Shown: positions 38,155-50,361 of the stretch, one piece after another
How the letters are laid out: each line of letters begins with the position of its first letter
Position numbering within the stretch: the first letter of the stretch is position 1
Assembly (NCBI RefSeq): GCF_009834535.1
Contig: NC_045696.1
Span: 23,996,001-24,060,000 of the forward strand
Direction: 5' to 3'
Origin: Camelus ferus
Taxonomy: Eukaryota
Length of the DNA: 64,000 nt
Position numbers and translations under genes: made by a program
The notes under the pieces: model-generated
The model's input: only the letters and a program-made list of their open reading frames with translations
What the model was told of the DNA's origin: nothing
The model's database searches: none

Positions 38155-38335
38155 GCAGAGTAGTAACAGCATCACTCTGAAAGTCAAAGACTTCCAATAA
38201 AGTTATGAGTCTTTCATCTTATCACGTGCGATCTTCATAAATTAACTTCTTTCAGTTTTAGTTTTCTCATCTGTAAAATAAGGGTAATAATAACAAATTC
38301 ACAAGGGTTGTGTGGGTATTAGAAAAGGTAATTAA
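38155..38335 (+). mobile_element. MIR fragment
   Basis: MIR core AGTTTTCTCATCTGTAAAATAAGGGTAATAATA...AGGGTTGTGTGGGTATTA. Confidence 0.7.
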
Positions 38336-38360
38336 GAGCTGAGAATTTTGCTGATATTTT

Positions 38361-39010
38361 TTGTTTATTTATTTATTCATTTTAATCGAGTTACAGTCAG
38401 TTTACAGTGTTGTGTCAATTTTTCAGTTACACATGAACATACATATATATTCATTGTTGCATTCCTTTTCACTGTGAGCTACCACAAGACCTTGTATATA
38501 TTTCCCTGTGCTATACAGTATAATCTTGTTTATCTATTCTACGTATGCCTGTCAGTACCTACAAATTTCAAACTCCCAGTCTGTTCCTTCTCATCCCCCT
38601 CCCCTCGGCAACCACAAGTTTGTATTATATGTCTATGAGTCTGTTTCTGTTTTGCATTTATTTGTGGTTTTTTTTTTTTTTAAGATTCCACATATGAGTG
38701 ATCTCATATGGTATTTTTCTTTCTCTTTCCGGCTTATTTCACTTAGAATGATATTCTCCAGGGACATCCATGTTGCTGCAAATGGCATTATGTTGTCATT
38801 TTTTATGGCTGAATGGTATTCCATTGTATAAATATTCCACATCTTCTTTATCCAGTCATCTGTTGATGGACATTTAGGCTATTTCCATGTCTTGGCTATT
38901 ATAAATAATGCTGCTATGAACATTGAGGGGCAGGTGTCTTTCTGAAGTAGGGTTCCTTCTGGATATATGCCCAGGAGTGGAATTACTGGATCATATGGTA
39001 AGTCTATTAA
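38361..39010 (-). mobile_element. Young 5'-truncated L1 (ORF2 C-terminus and 3' UTR), camelid type, with TSD
   Basis: ORF 38633-38842 (MWNIYTMEYHSAIKND..MPFAATWM.LE.IILSEIS) is the L1 ORF2 C-terminus, and the upstream frame reads LPYDPVIPLLGIYP. TSD TGATATTTT at 38352-38360 and 39011-39019. Confidence 0.95.
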
Positions 39011-40167
39011 TGATATTTTGCTCTTGGAACCCAGTGGGCCATTCCTCCTAAAATAAAGAAAAGAAAAAAAGATACTTCCTGTGAATTGATAGATATTAGT
39101 TGGAAATACTCTCCCATCGTCCTCTCCCTCTCACCAACCCCCATTTATTCATCTGCTGCTGAAACCACTCCAAAAGTAGAGAAGGGTTACATAGTTGGGG
39201 AACTCCAACCGCTCTCTACACAAAGACGGTCTCCACTGCAGGAAATACTCACTTAGATTTAAAAACAATTGCATATGTGAAGTGCTGTATTTTAAAAATG
39301 ATTGTCAGCCAATCTTAGATAATTAATGTCAACATGTACATGCTGATCTAAAGAAAGAGAAACAGCTTTAGAGGGAAATTAAAAGGTTGACTTTGAAATG
39401 AGAATATCCTCAAATAAGTCTTCTTGAAAAATTCTAATGATACATTTTATTTATTCTGGCTGCAGTCTGTAGGATCTAGGTGTTGTTATTGTTCTAATGT
39501 ACGAACTCTGATGATACTGAATAGTGTTTTCATAAAGAAGGACTTCTGTAAGTGACTTCTAATAACAAAAACCCATGTCATTTTACTTCATGTATTAACT
39601 TTCAATTTTTTAGAAGAGAATTTCAAAACTTGCTATTTTAAGGGTTATACAAATTTCAAATTTAAACTAATATAAATATTTTTGAAAGTAGTCAACCCTG
39701 TTAACTTCCACTTAAAGCCCAATTATTCAAGAATGTTATAGATGAATACGGGTCTTTGGGGAAAAATCAGCAAGACTTTAAGTGCCCATTAGCTAAAGCT
39801 AAATGATAGTGAAACACCTAGAAAAATGCGTGCGGTATCTATCCATGTGAATACTAAACTAATTCACCATATTAGCTCAGCTAGGATAAAATATTAACAA
39901 AACATTTCCTATGGCATGAAAAAAAGATTGAAAGATGAAAACATAAAAGCTGTTAGGCTGTACTACTTGTCAAAGAAAGATACATTTAAAAATATTTACT
40001 GAATGTTAAGTAAATACCAAAGGATTACTTAAAATGTCTACGTTATTGAGAACTGTCCATTCTATGACAGGATAGGTAGCTATTATATTACATAAGTCTT
40101 TAATGGTAGTGTTCTTCATAAGCAACCGGAAATTTTTTAACACAAAGAATGAAGGGCGATTAAATAC

Positions 40168-40320
40168 CAATCATTCAATCAAAAATACTTATTTAGCACC
40201 TGTCAAGTTCTAGAACTGTTCTTGGAACTCTAGGCAGATTTAACAAAATGAATCAAACTTTTTCTCCCCCTCAAGATTCATACAATCTGAATGGGGAAGG
40301 AAGAAATACACACACACGCA
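40168..40320 (-). mobile_element. L2 3' end fragment
   Basis: TCATTCAATCAAAAATACTTATTTAGCACCTGTCAAGTTCTAGAACTGTTCTTGGAAC. Confidence 0.65.
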
Positions 40321-40354
40321 CACAATAAGACTAAATCCTACAGTATAAGGATGT

Positions 40355-40570
40355 AAAAATAACTGCTGACATTTATTGGGTCCTAACTACTCATCAAAGA
40401 CTGAACCAATTGCTGATCTTCTTTTTCAGCATTTAAAGGAATCTATGGGGGCAGGTGTATTATAATTCCCATTTTATAGATGAAAAATCTAATGATTAGA
40501 GAGATCAAATATCTACCCCAAAGTCATCCAGATGGGAACCACAGAACCAGAATTCAAGTTCAGCTCTGTC
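40355..40570 (-). mobile_element. MIR SINE
   Basis: GCTGACATTTATTGGGT...TATTATAATTCCCATTTTATAGATGAAAAA...CCCAAAGTCATCCAG...AGAACCAGAATTCAAG. Confidence 0.8.
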
Positions 40571-41929
40571 ACCATTTTAGCATTCTAGAAATACTAAAAG
40601 CCTTTTCAGGATTTCAGAAATTCAGTGGAGTGGGTGACTGTGGGCTCTACAAACCAGTGCCTGGTTATGAACTGTAGCTTTTTCCATTCCTTGCTTGGTG
40701 ACCTGGGGCAAAGGCTTTAACCTCTAATAATAGTAATAGGTTTCAGATGGCTGGAGGTGGGATTGGAGAGGAGAGTCACGGGCACAGAAGTGGAGACAGG
40801 AGGAATATAAGTCCCGAGGACCCTGGCTGGAACAAAGGCTAGATCCTTCAGAGCCATGGGAACTAAGCCATGGAATCAGGGGGAACACAGACTGTGGTGG
40901 ATCTCATATGGAAAGACATGGGATCCTCATTTCATCCTGTTAGCAACTGGGAAGCACTAGAAGTTGAAAATAATAGTTTGAGTTAATACATTCTATATTA
41001 CTTTTCTGTGATTAAGTCCAAAAAAACCACAAAAAAATACAACCCTCAAACTTCCTAGGTCCGTGCCTTAAGGGATTTATTTTAAATGCTTCAACCTAAC
41101 AAGGCAAATATGCATGTGTTTATTGCGCATTTCTATAACGTATTAATTCAGGGTGGGAGTTAAAGTAGCCAGTCAATAAAGTAATTAGTTTTTCAGAACA
41201 ATAAAGTATACACAAGCTTTCTTCACACACTGTACCTTCCTTAACTCCCAGCAAATCAGATGGTAGGAAAGTATCTGAAGATGTAAACTAATGGTACCAT
41301 CTTACCGAATTACTTGTTATTCTAAACTACTTGTTTGTTTTTAAACTACCTGATTTGAATAACAGTTGACATATGAAGACAATATTTGGCAGGCATCTCA
41401 GTATCCCAAGAAATACATTTGCCATGTTATCCTATATATAGCAGTTAAGTAAATACATTTTTTTACCTCTCTCATGAGACTGGCTTTTGAAAATTACTCA
41501 ATGTATTTAGCTTGTGAGAAAACAAACTGTTTATATTCCCATGGTTTTCACATCATTCATCCTTCAGAGGTCTTCTTTTATTTATTTAATTTTTTAGCTG
41601 TTAAAAAAATAGCCGATTGTCTTTCTAAATTCTATACATAACCTAATGTATGGGATTAAAACTCTAAATTCCACCTAAGATTTGAAGAAAACATGAAGAC
41701 TATTATGACCTGGTCTTTTAAATGTGCAGGGTATTAGATACTGTATACTAAAGTCATTTCTGAAAAATAAATTTATTTTTATATGGTGGCAGGGGAGTGG
41801 GTAGTCTATGATTAAATGAGTTTGGAAAAGATTTCTGCTCAGTAAAACAAAGATTTTGATACATTTATGGACAATTGGAATCTAAAAAGTGCGGAAATAG
41901 TGATAGGAGTTTTTACCCTATTTTACAAC

Positions 41930-42520
41930 AAGGTCCCTTTTCACAGACCTCCCGGCAGGACCCGCGCCGAAGAAGGCACTTTGTTCAGTCCTGAGGTAGA
42001 GCCATGGGCACCTCCATTTTCTCTCAGGGAAATAGAGGGGGGGCCGACCTGAGGACTTGAGGGAGAAATGGTTTCTCGAATTGATATTCTTTCTTAATAT
42101 GACCTGTGTTAACCCAAGGAGCAACCGCCTATCAACAAATGGAATCCTTCCCTTCCAGTTTTTGACACCAAGCGTCATGCTTGCTTTCTACCTCAGGCCT
42201 CGCTCCCACCTCCTCACTTGACCCTGTTCTGAACGACCTCAGAAATGGAACTCCCATCATCCGCAGAGTCAGTGCTTATAAAAGGGACACGGCAATTAGT
42301 GCAGTTAATCAGGGGAAGCTTTCACCCAGGCAATGTCCCAGAACCTGTCTCCCTGGTAATTCTGTGGGCCTCTCAGCTCAGCAAAGGCCACTGAATGGCC
42401 CTGCTGAATCCTCTGTCAGCATTTTAATTGGGATTTAGTTCCAGAAGAAGCGAAGAATCATCTTACAAACTGTGTCTTAAAAGGGAAGAAAATCTTTGAC
42501 GTCTCAGGTACTTAGGAACG
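41930..42520. promoter_or_regulatory. GC/CpG-elevated unique segment with TATA-like and CRE-like motifs; candidate promoter
   Basis: CCCGGCAGGACCCGCGCCGAAG cluster (~41950-41972), TATAAAAG (42277-42284) and TGACGTCT (42497-42504) within an AT-rich background. Confidence 0.3.
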
Positions 42521-43049
42521 AAAAAAAATAGTGAGGTAGAAAATCTTCCACATTGCTGCATTTGGGTAGCTATGTTGCTTCACCAATTTGGCTTGAATTT
42601 CCCAAATATTAAAATGACATAATAAACTGTTCACTTGCTTCATCTCATGGTGTAAAGGTTTAATGAGGTAGTGATATCTGTTACAATTTAAGCTTCTCTG
42701 TCCCACAAGTTTATGTCTGCCTGCAAGTCACATGTTTCTTGCAAAATGGTGACAATAGTGTTTTCCCAAGCTACCTTTTAAGGTGGTAGTGAGAAGTTAA
42801 TGAAGATAGATGTCCTTTAAAAACTATATATTATTGTATAGCTTTGAGAAATTCTTTAAAATCAAAATACATTTTTTAAAAAGCAGAAGGAAATCCTCCT
42901 TTTTTTATGGGACTAACTCAAGTCACTTTAGCTGATATTTTGTACAGTTTAGGTCTGTGTCATTTATAAATAGGAAATAAAGTTTTTAAGATATATTCTG
43001 ATATGCATTTTTGGGTATAATGTGAGCCTCCATCAACTATTGAAACAAA

Positions 43050-43074
43050 ATACATATATGTGTGTGTGTATATA

Positions 43075-43128
<54 letters not shown>
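43050..43128. repeat. (TA)n/(TG)n microsatellite
   Basis: Directly visible, with about 20 uninterrupted TA units. Confidence 0.95.
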
Positions 43129-43131
<3 letters not shown>

Positions 43132-43583
43132 GTAACTGTTTCCTTCAGTTCTCATTTATTGATTCTTTTCATTTTCTCTTTGTTGAAAGCTTTCCTCTAA
43201 AGATGTTACAACAGTGAGGAATAAGATGGCTCTACCTTCGTAACTGGGTCACCAAGTTTCATAGGTTGTAGAACCCAACAAAAATACACTTCTCTCCATG
43301 AGGCTGAAATGTTCTTGGCTCTCCCTGCCTCACTCCCCATCTTAGTTTCTCCATTTCTGCACAGAGTGGTTGGAGTGGTTAGTGTTCTTTCTTGGCATTG
43401 CCTCTCTTCTTCCTGACACTCTGCTGGTGGCATTGTGTCTCAGCTTTGATCACCACAGACCCTCTGTTCCTCTCACTTTTTCTTGAGTTGTGGTTTGCAT
43501 TCCACTTCTGGCTCTGGTACAGGTGTGATTAGGAGATAGTACCCTAGCTTCAGCCACTGAATCAAAGACCCTGAACAGACTCA

Positions 43584-43721
43584 ATGGTAAAGGATGGTGG
43601 TGGGTGGGAGGGTTTACCATGGGCCATGATGGTGGAGGATGGTGGCGGGGGGGAGGGGTGGCCCATGGGCCATGATGGTGGAGGATGATGGTGGGGGGGG
43701 AGGGGTGGCCCATGGATCATG
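43584..43721. repeat. G-rich minisatellite, 3 copies of a 45-47 bp unit
   Basis: Units start at 43584, 43629 and 43675. Consensus ATGGTGGAGGATGGTGGYGGGGGGGAGGGGTGGCCCATGGGCCATG. Confidence 0.9.
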
Positions 43722-43737
43722 GGCATCAAGTCAAGAG

Positions 43738-44190
43738 CAGTGAATTTATTTCCTACAGCTGTCATAACAAATGACCACAAACTCTGAGGCTTGTAACAAC
43801 ATATGTTTATTATCTCATAGCTCTGGAAGTAGAAAGACTGTAATAGGTCTCATGAGACTAAAATCAAGGTGTTGGCAGAATTGCATTCCTTCTGAAGGTG
43901 CTAACGGAACCTCTTCCAGCTTCTAAAGGCTGTCCACATTCCCTGGATCCTGGCTGTGTCACACTTCTGCGTCCATCCCTTCTTTGACTCTCCTACCTCC
44001 CTCTTTCACTTACAAGGACACTTGTGATTATACTGGGTTCACCCAGAAAATCCAGGATAATCTCTCTGTCTGAAAATCCTCAACTTAAATTGCATTGTCC
44101 CCTTTGCCACGTAAGGTGACACATTCACAGGTTCTAGGAATTAGAGTGAGGATGTCTTGGGGGAAGGGACACATTACCCTGCCAACCACA
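43738..44190 (-). mobile_element. MaLR solo LTR (MLT1C-like)
   Basis: TTTCCTACAGCTGTCATAACAAATGACCACAAACT...AAAATCAAGGTGTTGGCAG...AAGGACACTTGTGATTATACTGGG...ATTCACAGGTTCTAGGAATTAG...CCAACCACA. Confidence 0.88.
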
Positions 44191-44878
44191 ACCAAGAAAG
44201 AACCAAAAGTGAGAAAAGAGAAGCCAGGACCTCAGGATGCAGCCACCCACACAAAAGACAGCAGAACTGACACTGTCTGAATGAGTTTCTCTTTCTGGGG
44301 GCCCAGCTGCTGCTCTCCCAGCCCTGCCCAGCCTTGTACCTGGTGATGTCATCCTCTCTTCTCCACGGAATGGAAACGGTTCTGAGGTTCATCTCAGAGA
44401 TAATGAGCTAACTAGGCTAACGTGCTCCCCGGGCTGGGCTGTGTGATCACCAAGATTTTCTACAGAGGAGGATGCCCCACTTTTACTGACCTCACCACTT
44501 AGTGAGTTTACTGTGGAGAATTTGTGGCCAGACTGAAAGGAATGGAGACCCCACTGGGAAGGTGTTTTGCAGAGAGATCCTCTCAAGTCCCTCCAGGTAC
44601 TGAGTGGCTTTAATCGGCTTCCTCTCATGTAGGCCTGGCTGTAGAGACAAAACTGTTCTTCCTACAGAGCAGAGAGAGACTCCTAGGCTTTTTTTTTTTT
44701 TTTTTTTTGACTACAGCTTCCTTGTCTATTTGTGATGAAAACTGTTCTCCTTGGTATCAGCTAGTGATTTAAGTATCACCGAAATTTTAGCCACACCACT
44801 CGAATCAGAACATGAAAGATGAGTCTGTTCTTAGCAATTTCTCACGTATATTAAATGATCCAGGTACAGAAATGTATT

Positions 44879-45187
44879 AGACAAATTCCGTGTGTCTCAC
44901 TCATCAATTATATGTGGAATCTGAGGAGGAAAAAAAAAAAACCTCATAGATACAGAGAACAGATTGGTCGGTGTTTACCAAAGGCGGGGGTTGGGGGGTT
45001 GGCAAAACAGATGAAAGAGATCGAAAAGCACTAAACTTCCAGGTATAAAATAAGTCAGTCATGGGGATGTAATGCACAGCATGATGACTATGGTTAAGGA
45101 TACTGTATTGTATATTTGAAAGTCGCCAAGAGAGTAAGTAAATCTTAAGAGCTCTCATCACAAGAAAAATAGTTGGGGGAAAAAAAA
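44879..45187 (+). mobile_element. L1MA9-like 3' UTR fragment flanked by an 11-bp direct repeat
   Basis: CTCATAGATACAGAGAACAGATTGGT...AAACTTCCAGGTATAAAATAAGT...CATGGGGATGTAATGCACAGCATG...CTCATCACAAGAAAAA. AGAAATGTATT occurs at 44868-44878 and 45188-45198. Confidence 0.85.
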
Positions 45188-46189
45188 AGAAATGTATTTC
45201 TACTACTGTATGACGTTAACATCTAGATTCTTTCATGTGGCCTCTGGTCATGTTGCTCCCTCTGATGTAATGTCCCCACCCCACACCTTTCTTTTTTTTT
45301 CCGGTTCATAGGCATCACTGTCTCGGGGAAAACTTCCTTGACTTCCCTGTTCTGGGAGCTTGAATTAGATCCCATTCTGATGTGTACCCAGGCACACACC
45401 ACATTACTGTTTGCATGTCAACATGTCACTGGATTGTGAACTCCCAAAGGCCAGGTGCTCCCCTTCAGTCATCTTGGGATCCCTGTAGCTGTTTCATAAT
45501 GGTTTGATGGACAAATAGAAAAGCCCTCTGAGAGCTGATAAGCTGCAGCAGCAGAAAGCCAAAGACATGGGGCAACACACACAGTCACACCGGGAACCTG
45601 GGATAAGCGTCAGAGAGCAAGGAGAATGCCAAAAGTGATAGGAGGAGAGGCGCAGGTGTGGGAGGTGGGTATCTTCCACTTACCTTCGCCTTGAAATAGT
45701 TTCATGAGATACTACCTGTGTGAAGCTCCTTGCTCTCTCCCCCATCCAAGTACCCACCAAATGCCTGGCATACATTAGGACTTAATATGTGTTTGATGAT
45801 TAGCTGATTACCTAGTTCTGGCTCTGTATGACCCAAGAGACAAAGCCTAAGTCAAGAGTTATATAAAATAAATCTAAAAATTGCATTATTCTAAAGCCAT
45901 ATAATCAGAATAACATATAGATAGAGAGTGAACATTTATTAGTGTCTTATAGGAAGGAGATTCCTGTGACTGGTGAGCATCAATAGTAAAGGGATAAAAG
46001 AGATAAAATCTGCCCTTAAGCTTTGCATTGTCAACAGAGGAAACAGGAAAAATATATTTAGTAAAAGCAATGCAACTATATATATTAAAAGTTATTCTGC
46101 CCTTAAGGATACTGGGAAATTGTCCAGTTGGGGTCTAACTCAGACTATAACAAACCGGGTCATAGGAAGAAGAGATATCATAGTTTCCT

Positions 46190-46563
46190 TCCCAAAATCC
46201 ATTCAAATTTCTCTCCCAGGGTAACGCTCATGAAGTACTGCTCATGCTGTTGTTCCAGAGAGGGATTCATCCCCGCTATCTAAGAGTGGTTCAATGAGAG
46301 AGCAAAGCTTAGGAATTCTGTTCAATGGATTGACAAGGCAGCAGATGACTCTCGCTATTGTCGATAGTTGCCTTGCAACGATGGAGAAGCCAGCCTCAAA
46401 TAAAGCCAACACAAAGGAAGCAAAACCAAGAAAATGGCAAAGAATGGAACAAGAACTTCATGTGAAGTATCCCTGAAGCCTTCTCTACCTCATTAATCCT
46501 TGATATGCTCCATTTCTCTTTCAGCCAGTTTGAGCTGGTACAAGAGGTGTCCTGACAGGTACA
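46190..46563 (+). mobile_element. Old MaLR LTR fragment (MLT1J/K/L-like)
   Basis: GAGAAGCCAGCCTCAAATAAAGCCAACACAAAGGAAGCAAAACCAAGA...CCTGAAGCC...AGCCAGTTTGAGCTGG...GTCCTGACAGGTACA. Confidence 0.6.
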
Positions 46564-47059
46564 GGAAGGAATATCTACATCTCATCCTCATATGTCCTCT
46601 AGTTGATTCATTGCACAGAAATGTACAGGGAACCTTTTGAAGGCTCCATACCATTGAAAGTATTAAAATCACAAGTGTCCATAAGAAGAAATACAACATA
46701 CGGAAGAGACAGTGATACTGGCATAGAATACCAGATATGAACACTGCTGAAATGCAACAGAGATGAAAACAACCAAATTCAGATAAAACCTAGAGGAAAA
46801 AAAAAAAACACTCCACTACAAGAATAGCCTAAGGATTGACAGTGATCCCTGTCTGGTGACTGCTGAAGAATTCAAAATGCAATCACGTACTCCCTGGAGA
46901 GGACAGGAGTATTTAAGAATCAAAGAAGGTTGAATTGTTTCTCCAGATTACTCAGTCGGTGATCATCCCTGACAAGATAAATGTCGAAATTTTTTACCAA
47001 AGAAGTACTTTTCATTGAAAGCAAATATGTTTCACGAGCATAAATATAAAAAAGGAAAC

Positions 47060-47160
47060 AACAGGTGGTGAATACAACTCAAGACATTAAATTTCCATGA
47101 GTCACTGAAGCCAGATGGCATGCATCTGAGAATTCTGAAGAAATTTAAGATCAAAGCATT
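47060..47160 (+). mobile_element. CR1/L3 LINE ORF2 remnant
   Basis: Translation QLKTLNFHESLKPDGMHLRILKKF matches the CR1 motif HKSxGPDGxHPRVLKEL that precedes the RT domain. It may extend upstream to ~46700. Confidence 0.65.
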
Positions 47161-47514
47161 TTGGATACTAACAATATGGGCAATTTATAGTATAAAACAA
47201 CTCTCGGAGTTAGGGAGATTGCCAACTGTATTATAAGCCACTATTAGACAAAGCACAAATTGTTCAGTCAATTCAATTAAATGCAAAGAAACCTAATCAA
47301 CTTACTGGCCACCACCAAGCACAAAGCACTGGTCTAGGCACTGGGTGCTCAAAAGTGTTTATGACAAGGCCGTATCCTTTATAATCTCAATTGAGGAGAT
47401 TGCTACAGTGTCAGTAGCAGATAAATATACTTAATGTTAAACCTACTTCATGATTTTATCAAGAGAACAATATTTAAAGAATTCTCTAATAATTTTTTTT
47501 CCCATTTGAAGGTG

Positions 47515-48085
47515 AATTAGTCAGGGATCAGATATGGATAACTGAAACCATTCTGGCTAGGTTAAGAAGAGAAGATTTTGGTGATTTATAGAAAGACTGG
47601 AAGAATAGGCCCTAAACTGAGTGTCCAGGAATGACTTCCAGAACAGCACTCCGGAACTACCTCCATGCAAGTCATGGCCTCCGTCACAGTCAGGAGGCTG
47701 GGGAGGCAGGAGGCTGTCAGCTCCAGAGCCGTCAGGCCACCGCTTCCACAACAGAAGCCAGAAAACTGAGTGTCCTCGTCACTACCTCTCAACACTGTCA
47801 AGCTAAAGGCTGGACGCTGGAAACCTTCCTACAGCTGCCACAAAAGAAACAAACACCCAAGAAGGTCTTGCTTGCCTGTGGAAACATCTAAAGTAATGGG
47901 AGTGTGGTATCCACCTCAGGAAGTCCACCTCCACCTTCCAAGTCTCAGGAGTGGATATGCGATGGGTGCTGGGAAATGCAGATTTTCAGCATTACTGCAT
48001 TTTAGTAGCACTGGATATAGGACAGGAAGTCACACTGAAAGGGGGAGAGATGGGGGGCTGAGTGAGCCAAGCCCAGCTCTGCCAC
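47515..48085 (-). mobile_element. Old MaLR-like LTR (MLT1M/N-like)
   Basis: AACTGAAACCATTCTGGCTAGGTTAAG start, GGGTGCTGGGAAATGCAG internally, and GAGCCAAGCCCAGCTCTGCCACA end. Confidence 0.5.
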
Positions 48086-48109
48086 AGAAGGCTGATCTCC
48101 CTCCTTAGT

Positions 48110-49022
48110 TACAACCCAGTCCTTCTCTGCCTCCTCCCACCCGCAGATTCACCCTAGAGCAACATCCATGCTTGCTTATCTTGCTTGTTGTCTTCGCTAT
48201 CCACCCAACTGACCCCACAAGACAAAGCCTTGGAGTCACCATCAGCTACTCCCTCATCCACTGGACTATCAATCAACTTGTCAATAAATCATGCTACTTC
48301 TATCTCAGATGCCACTGCCTTAGCTCTGACCCCCTTCACCTTTTATACAGATTAGTAAGTTTCCTTACTAGTAATCTGGCAGGTTCTTCCCTTTAAAAGG
48401 AATCTTCCATGTGTCCTGACTTCAGAATTGTCTTTCTAAGATCAAAATTTCACCATGTCACTCTTTTGTATAAAACCCTTCAAAGTCTCCCACTTTCCTG
48501 CACAATAATGTCTATGCTACTTGTCAGGGCATCACAGTCACCCCCAGTTAGACATTAACCTGCCTCTTCAGCCTGTTTCCTGTGTTATATCCCTTTTACC
48601 TCTGTGCGGGAACTATGCTTCTCACGGCTCCCCAAGTGCACCAGGTCCAGCTCTGATTCTGTATATATATATGTGTGTGTGTATAAAATACTAAAATATA
48701 TATATTTTAATCCTAGATTGTACTTTCCCACAGTTAATGAATTTCTAATCATTCTTCAAAACCCACTGGGAATGTTACTGTCACAAAACTTTCCCAAGCG
48801 GAGTTCATCTTTTTCTCCTCTAGGCTGCTATCACGTGTTTCTCACACTGCCAATCAAATGTGTTTCATAATAGATTTTTCCCATGCGGCGTATCTTTCAC
48901 TAGCCTGAGAGTGCCTTGAAGGCAGAAACAGAGTTTCATCCAGATTCATGATCCTTCCCCATCCCAAATCTACCACAGGAGTTGGCACACCCTAAGATTC
49001 AATAAATATTTATTGAATGACC
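48110..49022 (+). mobile_element. L2 3' region
   Basis: CCTTGGAGTCACC...CCATGTCACTCTTTTGTATAAAACCCTTCAAAGTCTCCC...CTGAGAGTGCCTTGAAGGCAGAAAC...TCAATAAATATTTATTGAATGA. Confidence 0.8.
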
Positions 49023-49587
49023 AGTTGAAGAAAATAGAAAAGTATTTATAAAAAAAATTTTTTTAAATAAAAGGACACTCAAAGACTTAAAATTGTATCA
49101 ATGTATTGTGATAAAATAATATCCCTCTTCTCTCATCTGACTCTAAGAGAAAAGTTAAAAGATATTAGGGTAATGGATGCCATATTCTTTTTAAGATCTG
49201 CTCAGTCTCTAAAAGAGGTAAGCGTGGCAGCTGGACAAGGAGGAGTCAAGACGAGCATGCAGGAGCTTCTTACAGGCAGCATTTGCTTTCTACCCAGAGT
49301 GAGCAGCAAATCACAGAAGCCTGTGTACAGCTTTCCTCGGACCATGTGCATGTTTAGAGTGTAGGAGCTGGATGGCTCTGGGGAAAATTACTGACTTTCG
49401 TGTAAAACCCAAAAGAAAGAAAATCTGCTCAGATCCAGAGGGAACTTGTTAAGTCAGAGAACAACTAGGCTCCTCTTGTCATAATTCAAAATAATTATGA
49501 GGATATCATAACCTGTAAATGTGACGAGGAGGTCCGTGGCCCTATGTGTGGTCCTCAGAGGAGAAACAACAGTGGAGTACTAGCTTC

Positions 49588-49780
49588 AGAGCATGGTTCC
49601 CAAAGTGTGTGCTAGGGAACACTAGCTAGGGAATCTGTGGTTAAAAGAGTCTGAAAAATGAGCTTATTATATTGTCATTTTGCAATGTCACAAAGTCAAT
49701 AGGCATAATGAACCTCTGAGAAGTCTCATTAAAGTTGTTTTAAATCTGCCTGTTTCCCAGTTCTTGTTTTCACTTGAACA
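49588..49780. mobile_element. hAT-Charlie remnant (MER103C-like)
   Basis: GGTTCCCAAAGTGTGTG...GGAACACTAG...CTCTGAGAAGTC...TGTTTCCCA. Confidence 0.5.
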
Positions 49781-49959
49781 TCCAGCAATCCTGCGCCCAA
49801 TGTTGCTGTAGGAATGCAGAAATTAGGAAAGTTACAGTTGGTAGTCTCATGATAGGTATTAAGTGATTAGGCTGGAGTAGCCCTCTGACTCTTAAAAAAA
49901 GAAAAAAAAAAAAAAAAAAACGGAGGAACAATCCAAACCCTAGTGTGCCTAGAAGGATG

Positions 49960-50361
49960 ATCCCTCCCTATAGCAGCTCCCAAGAGTATATGTGCATGTG
50001 CTAATCTGAATCTTACCCAATATGGCAGAAGCATGAATACTGGCCTTATATGGCAAAAGATATAATGAAGAATTATAGAGGAGGAGCTTATGCTGGATTA
50101 TAAATCTAATCATGTGTATCTTTATAAGAAAGACACACAGCAGAGAAGGCGTAGTGAAGATGGAAGCAGAGATGGGGACACCAGGGTCAGGGAAGCTGGA
50201 AGAGGAAAGGATTCTTTCCCAGAGCTCCTGCAGGGTGTGTGTCCTGCAGACAATTTGATTTCAGACTTCTGGCCCCAGGAGTGTGAGAGAATACATTTCT
50301 GTTGTTTTTAAGCCCCCAAGTTTGCGGTGATTTGTTACAGCAGCCACAGGAAACTAATACA
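49960..50361 (+). mobile_element. MaLR solo LTR (MLT1C/D-like)
   Basis: CCTTATATGGCAAAAGA...GAAGCTGGAAGAGGAAAGGA...TTGATTTCAGACTTCTGGCCCCAGGAGTGTGAGAGAATACATTTCTGTTG...GCAGCCACAGGAAACTAATACA. Confidence 0.9.

Noticed and set aside
38633..38842. Functional CDS
   Set aside because: It is the L1 ORF2 C-terminus in a 5'-truncated copy with an upstream in-frame stop (TGG AAA TAG).
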